The notes: generated by a model not told the origin, from the sequence alone. DNA of 21,891 bases from Octopus sinensis (GCF_006345805.1 NW_021836925.1:1-21891), one strand, 5' to 3'; positions 1-8,522 are shown, counted from the stretch's first letter. Made by a program: numbers and translations.

Positions 1-229
1 AACCGAGAATGAGAAAAAGGAAAGAATCGGTTGAAAACTGCAGATTTTAGAGAAAAACCGATGTAAAAAACCTTTGTCCCTGTTTCTCGTTTTACTCGGA
101 GCAATGACCATCCTTGGCATACAAGCAATGTGTGTATAAAGTTTGGTAAAAATCGGTTGAAAACTGTTGAAATGCATACATATTACACACACAGAAACAC
201 ACAGACATCCTTTGTTTTATATATATAGA
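1..229 (-). mobile_element. 5' end of a non-autonomous Helitron-like element, truncated by the window edge
   Basis: The minus strand reads A|TCTATATATATAAAACAAAGGATGTCTGTGT, i.e. a TC 5' terminus after A. This is the same terminal pattern as the complete Helitron at 18057-18450. AATCGGTTGAAAACTG occurs twice internally. The 3' end is not visible. Confidence 0.55.
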
Positions 230-239
230 TATATATATT

Positions 240-790
240 TTTGTTTCTTTTTAAGTTTCACGTCCAAGGACTGCGGCCATGCTGGGGCACCGCCGTTTAC
301 TTTGCTACACCTTCACAAAGCCTCCTCTGATATATGACATTTAGTAGATGAGGGAGTTTGACGTTGCTGCCCTCATCTGTATTTCTTGCCTATAGATAGG
401 TTCATCCGGAACTCTTGATAAAACTGGATTTAGTTTTGTTTTGAAAGAGTTTACATCCACGCCATGCCGGTCTCTCAGGCTTTGTGGGAGGATATTGAAG
501 AGCTGTGGCCCTTTGAAGTTCAAACAGTATCTGGTCCTGTAACCTGATGGAAATGTTGGGACCTCTGATACCATGCAGTAGCGCCCCGCCCTACTGTTTG
601 TGTAAGTGACAATGAGAAAGTTTGGAACAAGCTTTTCTCGGATTTCGCAGATGTATATTATTGCTATCTTTCCTGCTTTTGCTCCAGGGAGTAGACTTAA
701 CCCTTTCGGTCTCTCCCAGAAGCTGATATGTCGCATTGTATCGATCTTCCTTGTGTAGCTTCAATGGATCGCCTCGAGTCCCGTCGTTAA
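240..790 (-). mobile_element. Decayed 3' end of a CR1/L2-group LINE (ORF2 C-terminus plus short 3' UTR)
   Basis: Minus-strand translation gives LEAIH*SYTRKIDTMRHISFWER...IIYICEIREKLVPNF...GPQLFNILPQSLR...SFKTKLNPVLSRVPDEP. This matches the post-RT C-terminal motifs of CR1-group ORF2 (LExxQRxxT, YWERL, GPxLFNxLP, FKxxLDxxLxxxPDxP). A stop and an apparent frameshift are present. Confidence 0.75.
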
Positions 791-852
791 TATAATCAGC
801 TTACCCTTTCCTCGTTTTATTCTTGTTCAATTTCACTGCACAACAGAGACTT

Positions 853-871
853 ACACACACACACACACACA

Positions 872-920
<49 letters not shown>
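853..920. repeat. (AC)n microsatellite
   Basis: Directly visible. Confidence 0.95.
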
Positions 921-924
<4 letters not shown>

Positions 925-1246
925 ACAAACACAAATACATACGGGTAAATATAAATACATATGACCCAATTGTTAGAATGAGCTAAGTAAGCACTCTTCA
1001 CTTAAACATTTTCACAGACACACAGACAGACAACGCAACAGACGCCCATATATTTACATCGCCTTACACGCGTATGAGTATAATAATAATGGTTGTTTGC
1101 CAACCGAGAGACAATTTTAATGTATGTTGTCACAAAGTATTATTTACCGACAAAAATATTAAATAAATGATAAAAATTTTGAAAGACGGGAAATTGAAAA
1201 CTAAAAATTTAACATTATATCGATGTGTTGCATAGAAATCCTACCG

Positions 1247-1248
<2 letters not shown>

Positions 1249-1281
<33 letters not shown>

Positions 1282-1352
1282 TACATACATATGTATATAT
1301 ATGTGTGTATATGTGTGTGCAGGTGTATATATATGTATGTGTATGTGTATGT
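1249..1352. repeat. Compound (AC)n/(TA)n/(GT)n microsatellite
   Basis: Directly visible. Confidence 0.9.
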
Positions 1353-1804
1353 TTATTTGAGATCATGTGAAGTAAGTTTTTATCAGCCATAAAATATATT
1401 GGAAATAACTTACTCAATAACACAAAACAAAGTCTGTTATAGACGCGATTTGGTCGCCGTTGTATTCCTTTACACATTTTCAAATGGAAACTTATCTTAT
1501 TGGAACGTAAAATCAAAATCTGATAGATTTGGTTTATTGAACGATTTACGAAAAATAATCAATCATAACAAAACGTTGACTAACATTTTCTTACCTTTTA
1601 TTATTTTTTGTTTTTGTTTTGTCTTCTATAATCGATTTGAAGACATTTTAATCAGAAACCTATTTGATATTAGTAAGTTGATGTCAGCGTTAAGTGGTCA
1701 CCCTAAATATAACCCCAGCTGTTTCAGTGGCTCGTGACAGGTCTCTAAACAATATAAGTAGTGGCATACAAAAGCATCGCAACAGACGTTTTCGTTGCTA
1801 GGCT

Positions 1805-2050
1805 AGTGGTGGTGGCGGCGTTGGTAGAGACGCTGTTAATAATGGTAGTAGTAGTGGTGGTGTTGGTGTTGGTGTTGGTGGTGGTGGTGGTGGCTTGTAG
1901 CACTTAACTACAATGCATAGAGTTAACTGGAAAAAAATACGTAAGACAGAAGCAAAAGAAATATAAGGAAAATATATAAAAAAAATCTCACAGTAGGTAT
2001 TATGGGGCGGTGGTGGTGTTGGTTGTGGTGGTGGTGGTTGTGGTGGTGAT
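1805..2050. repeat. Two degenerate (GGT/TGT)n tracts separated by A-rich sequence
   Basis: GGT runs at about 1805-1892 and 2008-2048. Confidence 0.85.
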
Positions 2051-2245
2051 ATTAGTGAGTGTCGTGGTTAGGATGGAACGCAACCATGGTCGTGTTGTTA
2101 ACAAGTTCGCTTCGAAATTCTATTGTTCAGTTTTCCATCTCGTTGGTCAGAACTTGGAGAGCATTGTCTGACACAGCGTCACGTGTTTTCGTGTAGACCA
2201 GTGGACTGAACGGCAAATTTGCAAGATCTAATCTGTATACACGCT

Positions 2246-2335
2246 CGGCACCTTGAGTAAGTGTCTTCTACCATACCCTCGGGCCGGCCAAGCCTTGTGT
2301 GTGGATTTGGTAGAGGGAAACTGAAAAAGTCCGTC
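2246..2335 (+). mobile_element. SINE family C, 5' part of body (head incomplete)
   Basis: GGCACCTTGAGTAAGTGTCTTCTAC...GGATTTGGTAGAGGGAAACTGAAAAAGTCCGTC matches the reverse complement of the copies at about 20070-20165 and 16405-16500. Confidence 0.75.
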
Positions 2336-2361
2336 ATATATATTATACATATATATATATA

Positions 2362-2419
<58 letters not shown>
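2335..2419. repeat. (TA)n microsatellite
   Basis: Directly visible. Further TA tracts at about 2751-2850, 3458-3600, 3779-3868 and 4060-4143. Confidence 0.95.
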
Positions 2420-2421
<2 letters not shown>

Positions 2422-2585
2422 GATAAATCTCAGAGCGAGTTATAAACAGTAGCAGCAACACATCGTGACGTATATTTGCCATTTGAATATGGCTAACCCC
2501 TAAGGGTGGAGGCTACTGTAGTTTGTAGCCCCAGGAGGACACCTCCTCCAGCTGGTTATAGACACACTTTCTTATGTTTTTTCTT

Positions 2586-2750
2586 ATGATTTTTATACAT
2601 CTTAATATAACATCAACTAATTTGTTTGTATATATATTTGTTTTTTTTTTTAAAAAGCCATTACATTCACACCTAGTGTACATTTTCTTTATTTTTTAAT
2701 TTTCACTTCATTTCACCACGTGTGGTTTTTTTCCTTAAAACCTGTTTCAA
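2586..2750 (+). repeat. Direct repeat copy 1 (~165 bp)
   Basis: Near-identical to 3291-3457 (ATGATTTTTATACATCTTAAT...CACCACGTGTGGTTTTTTTCCTTAAAAC). Confidence 0.9.
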
Positions 2751-2774
2751 TATATAATTATATATGTATATAAT

Positions 2775-2807
<33 letters not shown>

Positions 2808-2811
2808 TATA

Positions 2812-2851
<40 letters not shown>

Positions 2852-2855
<4 letters not shown>

Positions 2856-3040
2856 TAATAAAAACAACAACGCGAGGACGTGGTAACATGCAAGGTATTA
2901 GCAGACGCTCAGGGAAGGAAGAAAAGGCAGTTTTACGTTTCGAGCAAAGTTCTTCTTCAGAAACAGGAGACGAAGGAAAGTCCAAGAGAAAATGAAGGCG
3001 GAGAAAAAACATCGCCAACGATCCACATGTCGTTACATTT
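2852..3040 (-). mobile_element. Short non-coding repeat carrying an HHR motif, Penelope-like terminal-repeat remnant
   Basis: Homologous in inverted orientation to 3870-4060 (shared CAACAACGCGAG and ATCGCCAACG anchors). Flanked by (TA)n and contains an HHR core. Confidence 0.55.
2930..2964 (-). ncRNA. Minimal type I hammerhead ribozyme motif
   Basis: Minus strand GTTT-CTGAAGA-A-GAAC-TTT-GCTC-GAAAC-GTA-AAAC: stem I GUUU/AAAC, core CUGANGA...GAAA, stem II with one mismatch, palindromic loopless helix III (ACGU), cleavage triplet GUA. Confidence 0.6.
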
Positions 3041-3290
3041 TGAAATATATATATATATATATATTGCTAATCTTCTTAATATAAATAATCCCACAAATTC
3101 TCGTATATCTCAAATACTACTTTAAATTCCAGTAATCGTATCGACATCAGTTACATCCCTTTCAAAACAGTTTTACTTCTCTGCATCTAATTTTTTTCCC
3201 TCACGTATACGTTTGTACACAACACCGCTTGACATCCGGTGTTAATTCAGCAAGTGACCACCAATAGCGAAACCGGTATGACTTTTTATA

Positions 3291-3457
3291 ATGATTTTTA
3301 TACATCTTAATGTAACATCAACTAATTTGTTTGTATATATATATTTGTTTTGTTTTTAAAAAAGCCATTACATTCACACCTAGTGTACATTTTCTTTATT
3401 TTTTACTTTTCCCTTCATTTCACCACGTGTGGTTTTTTTCCTTAAAACTTGTTCAAA
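3291..3457 (+). repeat. Direct repeat copy 2 (~165 bp)
   Basis: Near-identical to 2586-2750, 705 bp downstream. Confidence 0.9.
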
Positions 3458-3605
3458 TTATATATATATATATATATTATATATATGTAATATATTTGTA
3501 TAATTATATATATATAATTATACATATATAATTATATATGTATAATTATTATATAATTATACATATAGTAAGTATATATATATAATTATATATATATGTA
3601 TGTAT

Positions 3606-3778
3606 TTGTGTGTCTGTGTTGCTCCCCACCATCGCTTAACAGCCGATGTTGTATATTTACGTCCCCGTAACTTAGCGTGTCAGATTTAAGAGACCGATAG
3701 CATAAGTACTAGGCTTATATAGAATAAATCCCGGGGTGAATTTTCAACTAAAGGCAGTGCTTCAGCATGGTCGCAGTC
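3606..3778 (+). mobile_element. SINE family C, 3' half
   Basis: CCCCACCATCGCTT...TTTACGTCCCCGTAACTTAGCG...ATAAGTACTAGGCTTA...CAGCATGGTCGCAGTC matches the reverse complement of 19869-20040. Confidence 0.8.
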
Positions 3779-3781
3779 ATA

Positions 3782-3869
<88 letters not shown>

Positions 3870-4055
3870 GTGTACCGTTGGCGATTTTTTCCTCTGTCTT
3901 CCCTTCTCTGGTTTTTCCTTCTCCTATGTTTCCGACGAAGAGCTCCGCTCGATACGTTAAACCCTCCTTCTTTCCTTCTTTCCTGAGTGTCCAATAATAC
4001 TATATTTATTCCATCTCGCGTTGTTGTGTTTTTTTGTGCTTTCTTGTTTGGATTA

Positions 4056-4060
<5 letters not shown>
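3870..4060 (+). mobile_element. Penelope-like HHR-bearing repeat, inverted paralog of 2852-3040
   Basis: The reverse complement aligns with 2852-3040. Embedded in (TA)n on both sides. Confidence 0.55.
3928..3962 (+). ncRNA. Degenerate minimal hammerhead motif
   Basis: GTTT-CCGACGA-A-GAGC-TCC-GCTC-GATAC-GTT-AAAC: stems I and II are perfect, but the core has CCGA for CUGA and GATA for GAAA, so it is probably inactive. Confidence 0.45.
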
Positions 4061-4103
<43 letters not shown>

Positions 4104-4144
4104 TATATAATATATATATATACATACATACATATATATATATG

Positions 4145-4290
4145 GTTTAAAACTGTAAAAAAGACAAAATACAGAAGACAGAGACAAGTGAGGGAACAAT
4201 AAGCAAGGTGTATTGGAAAAATAGAAGAGTCTTTAACATTTCGAACCTATGCTCTTCTTCAAAAATGAATGAAGAGAGAAGCTATATGGA
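4145..4290 (-). mobile_element. Third Penelope-like repeat with a degenerate HHR (4231-4266)
   Basis: Minus strand ATTT-TTGAAGA-A-GAGC-ATAG-GTTC-GAAATGTT-AAAG. It abuts a (TA)n tract, and its flanks are unrelated to the other HHR repeats. Confidence 0.4.
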
Positions 4291-4416
4291 GCTATATAAA
4301 CAGTCGTTCTATGCACGATGATCGGTGAGATTCAAAACAATAAATTGCACATTATTCTGAAAATATTTCGCCAAATTTGAATGCAAATATGGTAATTGTT
4401 TTTGTGTTCATCGCAG

Positions 4417-4586
4417 GAGAACAGCTCCTCCTTTTCGACGACTATGTGTTCACAACACACTCGATTCCTTAGTACAGGAGATTCTGGGACACCGGTGTTT
4501 CGACATGTTCGTGTCCTGTCAGTCATATTTACTCGAACTGTTTACTTGTCCGTGTTATTTGCCAACGGATAATCGTTCTATGAACG
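4417..4586 (+). CDS. Candidate internal coding exon of an unknown gene (170 nt)
   Basis: Acceptor TTGTTTTTGTGTTCATCGCAG and donor G|GTAAAC. One frame is open throughout (RTAPPFRRLCVHNTLDSLVQEILGHRCFDMFVSCQSYLLELFTCPCYLPTDNRSMN). The sequence is non-repetitive and more GC-rich than its flanks. No homolog recognised with confidence. Confidence 0.3.
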
Positions 4587-4906
4587 GTAAACAGCGAGAT
4601 TTGAAACGATGAATTGCATTTCATGAGCACAACTTGTACCTCCGTAAGAAACCACAATCATTGCTTTTGCTTTTGTTATCGCCTTCACTGATGTTATTAC
4701 TGTTGTTATTTAACCATAGGTCAGCTTTGATCGAGCATATCAAATTTTCGTAGGAAACCTACCCATGATAATCATATCATGTGCTTATATGAGACGCCAT
4801 GATGGGATTTCAAGATGTGGTTTCTAAAAGTACCACTGACCAACAACAGACCCCCTCTCTCATTCGTTGTCCCATGCTATTATCGTTGTTAATGTTAAGT
4901 GTAGTG

Positions 4907-5051
4907 TAACACGCCGGTCGAAATGCTTAGCGGTATTTCATCAGTTTTTAAGTTCTCAGTTCAAATTGGGGTCGATAAATTAAGTACCAGTTGAGCACTG
5001 GGGTCGATGTAATCAATTTCAGGCCTTGTGCTTACAGTAGAAAAGAATATT
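4907..5051 (+). mobile_element. SINE family A, internally deleted
   Basis: ACACGCCGGTCGAAATGCTTAGCGGTATTTC...GGGGTCGATAAATTAAGTACCAG matches the 10481 copy. Lacks the CCGCCGAGGTCGAC...CCTTTC segment. Confidence 0.8.
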
Positions 5052-5055
5052 AAGT

Positions 5056-5236
5056 GTGAGCTGGGAGAATTGTTAGCCGGCTGGGCAAAAAGCTTAGTGG
5101 CATTTCGCCCGTCTTTACGTTCTGAGATCAAATCCCGCCGAGGTCGACTTTGCCTTTAAACACTGGGGATCGGTATAATCGACTTAACCTCTCCCCCGAA
5201 CTTGCTGGCTTTATGCCGAAACTTGAGAGCAATATT
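5056..5236 (+). mobile_element. SINE family A, internally deleted
   Basis: GAGCTGGGAGAATTGTTAGC...CCGCCGAGGTCGACTTTGCCTTT then jumps to ACTGGGGATCGGTATAATCGAC. Confidence 0.8.
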
Positions 5237-5289
5237 TGCTTTTGTTTATTGTTGTTGTCGGTGATTTATAGCGATATCTTTGATAGTGT

Positions 5290-5710
5290 TTGCAATGGTG
5301 ATAATGGTGATGGCAATGGTGGAGAAGCCTGCTATGTTGCGACGATGGTAGTGGCGATAATGGTGGCAATGCTGTTGACGTTCGCGATGGTAGCGATGGC
5401 TGAAGTAATGGTTATAGGGATAGAAAAGAGTTGAAATGGTTTGGGTTGTTGTTATTATCATTGCCACCATCATTGCTGCTGTGGCTGCTGCTGCTGCTGT
5501 TGTGGTTCCGCTTGTCGTTGGCTCCTGCCATCCATTTTCTAGCGTCATCGCCATCGTCGTCGACATCATGCTTGGCATTGTGATTGTTGTTATTGGTTTT
5601 CTTCTTACGTTTGTTATTCTTGGCGGTGGTTGTGGCGGTGGTGGTGGTGGTGGCGGTTGTGGAGGTGGTGATAGCGGTCATCGAAGTTGTTTGTGGTGTG
5701 GTTGTCAAAG
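5290..5710. repeat. Degenerate triplet low-complexity region (GAT/GGT/GCT/GTT)
   Basis: Directly visible 3-nt periodicity; produces overlapping homopolymer-rich ORFs on both strands. Confidence 0.8.
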
Positions 5711-6255
5711 AAAATAATGGTTCCTTAAAATACTTAATGGATCTTCAGACAAAATATACAAAAAAAAAAAAAAAATAGAAAACGAACAAAAGATAACGAA
5801 ATAGACAATAAAATAAAAGAAATCCGTTAAAGAACACAACACGACATCCGAATTCTGGGATCATTGTAAATGAAATAATTATGGAGGGAAACGAGGGGGA
5901 AAAACAGGAAAACTAAATAAAAAAATTTCAGAAACAAAAGAAAAAACCCCAACAAAACAAAGAAACCAACGTAAATCAAGATGGCGGCTAAAATATACAA
6001 ACAAAAATGTATGAGAAAAGATATAAAAAAAGAACAGCAAAAACAAACAAAAGAGGAAACTTACGTGTCGAAATATGTTGTGGTATGGTGGATATCGACT
6101 GGAGTTAATGACATATAAAGGAGGGTAATGAAAAATGAAAATACATTTTGTAGAAGGATTTCTTGTGTGTGTGTGTGCACGTGCGTGCTGAGTTTTATAT
6201 CTATAAGATATCATTAGGAAATTGTCCATAAGGAAAAAAATCACGGCATACACAG

Positions 6256-6258
<3 letters not shown>

Positions 6259-6335
<77 letters not shown>

Positions 6336-6551
6336 GCATGTATATAAGCCTACACACACACATACATGCACACTCACATGCTTGTATCTGTGTAGGCAGT
6401 CTTCTAGTTTGAAAATCAGCTTTGCGTGACATTTGTGATAAGTGGGAATCGTCCATCAAAATCTCTCTATTTTGTCATCAATGCCAAAGCCAAGCTAGAA
6501 ATAGATGGGTAACTATAATGATAGACATATAAGGGAAGAGTAAATGAGAGG

Positions 6552-6589
<38 letters not shown>

Positions 6590-6610
6590 AAAAGAGAGAG
6601 AGAGAGAGTG
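6259..6610. repeat. (CA)n/(TA)n tract (6259-6370) and (GA)n tract (6555-6610)
   Basis: Directly visible. Confidence 0.9.
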
Positions 6611-6844
6611 AGTGAGAGCCAGACAGGCAAACGGAATGAAAGAGAAAAACAGGAAAAATATGAGTTAGAGCTTTAGAAGTTAAGGCTCAAAATACTTGGC
6701 TAATGGGGCTTCGTTCCCTGAAGACCTTCTGCTGTTCAGGTCTTTTGAGAGTTTCTCACCACAACTCTATTTGTTTGTAGTTCGATATCTAATAAGTAAG
6801 CTAACCAGATAGCTTATCAAGTTGATAGAAAGATAGAAAGAGAC

Positions 6845-7009
6845 ATTTTCATTATTTTCATTTGACGGATTTTTGTCCTCATCTTGTTTGTTTTTAATAG
6901 AACATTTTCGGCTGACGTACTCCCCAGCCTTCATCAAGTGTTTTGGGGAAATTTATTATTATTATCATCATCATCATCATCATCATCATCACCTTCATCA
7001 TCATCATCA

Positions 7010-7058
<49 letters not shown>

Positions 7059-7063
7059 TATTA

Positions 7064-7109
<46 letters not shown>

Positions 7110-7146
7110 CATTATTATTACTATTATTATATTATTATTATTATCA

Positions 7147-7203
<57 letters not shown>

Positions 7204-7332
7204 TATTATATTATTATTATTATTATTATTATTATATTATTATTATTATTATTATTATTCAGGTCACTGCCTGCAATCGAACTCGGAATCTTGGGGTTCA
7301 TAGCCGCGCTCTTAACCACTATGCTATATGCC
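6845..7332 (-). mobile_element. Left arm of palindrome: tRNA-like head, (TAA/TGA)n, degenerate HHR tail
   Basis: Minus strand has A-box TAGCATAGTGG and B-box-like GAGTTCGATT. Its tail CCCCAAAACACTTGATGAAGGCTG...CAGCCGAAAATG...AAACAAGATGAGGACAAAAATCCGTCAAA matches the right arm. Confidence 0.75.
6897..6944 (-). ncRNA. Degenerate hammerhead motif of the left arm
   Basis: TTGATGA-A-GGCTG-GGGAGTACGT-CAGCC-GAAAATG: stem II is intact despite a changed loop, but C3 and helix III are mutated. Confidence 0.4.
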
Positions 7333-7421
7333 CGTGGCGTAGCGATTAAGAACGCGGGTTACTAATCCAAAGATTCCGAGTTCGATTGCACTCAGTGACC
7401 TGAATAATAATAATAATAATG

Positions 7422-7486
<65 letters not shown>

Positions 7487-7700
7487 CATAATAATAATGA
7501 TAATAATAACAACAACAACATCGAAAAATACCATAGTAATGAGAACCTAGGTTCGAAATTTCCCCAAGACACCTGATGAAGGCTGGAGGGTATATCAGCC
7601 GAAACGTTGTGTTAACAACAAACAAGATGAGGACAAATATCCGTCAAATATAAATAATATAAATAATGTACATAATTCCTCATCTCTTAAATATAGAAGT
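7333..7700 (+). mobile_element. Right arm of palindrome: tRNA-like head, (TAA)n, HHR-bearing tail
   Basis: A-box-like TGGCGTAGCGA (7335-7345), B-box-like GAGTTCGATT (7378-7387), (TAA)n at 7403-7510, HHR at 7568-7613, AT-rich tail to about 7700. Confidence 0.75.
7568..7613 (+). ncRNA. Minimal type I hammerhead ribozyme motif
   Basis: GACAC-CTGATGA-A-GGCTG-GAGGGTATAT-CAGCC-GAAAC-GTT-GTGTT: stem I GACAC/GUGUU, perfect 5-bp stem II, palindromic helix III, predicted cut 3' of 7608. One extra A precedes stem II, and GUU is a weak triplet. Confidence 0.65.
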
Positions 7701-8019
7701 GTAAGAGACATTTTGTTAATTCTAATGAGGCATTTAAAAAAATTTGGTAATTTAAATTTTTGTTAGACAGATCATAAGATTTATGTCTGGTGAACGATAT
7801 CGGTGATAGAATCTGCACAGTTAAATATTTAGAAATTTATGGAGCATGGCCCTTCTAGATGTGTATCGCGGACGGCGTATGTCTGTAAATTTAGCGAGAC
7901 GCCTATTTAGCCATCACACCTATTTAGAGATGTTAGTCGATAGGTCAATGACCAAAGATCAATCGTACGATCAACAAACTGACAGATCGATCAGTTCGAC
8001 AACAAACTCTGCCAAATTC

Positions 8020-8258
8020 AATTAGCCAGAACAACAGCAAGAGAAACATCAACAAAAACAAGAACAAGAACAAGAACAACAACAACAACAACAGCAGTGA
8101 CACCACCACCACCACCACCACCACCATCAACAACAGCAGCAACATCAACAACAACAACAACAGCAGCAGTGACACCACCACCACCATCAACAACAGCAGC
8201 AACATCAACAACAACAACAACAACAGCAGCAAAAACAAGAGCAACAACAACAACAACA
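8020..8258. repeat. Compound CAA/CAC/CAG microsatellite with a duplicated block
   Basis: The block CAGCAGTGACACCACC...ATCAACAACAGCAGCAACATCAAC occurs twice in tandem. Confidence 0.9.
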
Positions 8259-8272
8259 GTTTCTGATTTTCA

Positions 8273-8471
8273 CACATGGCCACCAAATTTAAGTGGAGGG
8301 GTTTAACCGATGCCGTCGACCTCAGTACAATAATGGTACTATTTTATTGACCCCGAAAGAATGAAAGGCAAAGATGACCATGGCAGGATTTGAACTCAGA
8401 AAGTAAAAAGTTGGAACAAATCCTGCAAATAACCATTCTCGGCGTTCTAACGATTCTCCTGGGTCACCGCC
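8273..8471 (-). mobile_element. SINE family A, diverged
   Basis: TTGACCCCGAAAGAATGAAAGGCAAAG...ATTTGAACTCAGAA...AACGATTCT...CACCGCC is the reverse complement of family A. Confidence 0.75.
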
Positions 8472-8483
8472 CTAGTGATGGTT

Positions 8484-8522
<39 letters not shown>

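Noticed and set aside
1399-1737. 112-aa ORF with a hydrophobic stretch
   Set aside because: Non-ATG start. The hydrophobic part comes from a T-rich tract, and no motif is recognisable.
4332-4526. Minus-strand ORF with RTRTCRN, reminiscent of a thrombospondin type-1 repeat
   Set aside because: Lacks the upstream WxxW/CSxTCG motifs, has an in-frame stop five codons upstream, and has no pyrimidine-rich acceptor.
5150-5778. Overlapping Val/Gly/Thr-rich ORFs
   Set aside because: Degenerate triplet repeats plus SINE sequence; no start context or domain.
6705-6760. CTGAAGA followed by a hairpin, possible HHR
   Set aside because: No GAAA after the stem and no stem I or helix III pairing.
7257-7405. 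Possible true tRNA genes
   Set aside because: A and B boxes are present but there is no convincing acceptor stem or cloverleaf, and they continue into repeat tails; treated as SINE heads.
6873-7625. Long poly-Y/I/L/H/S ORFs
   Set aside because: Translations of (ATT/ATC/TAA)n microsatellites, open in several frames on both strands.
7945-8306. Poly-L and poly-T/P ORFs resembling mucin or signal peptides
   Set aside because: CAA/CAC microsatellite artefact.
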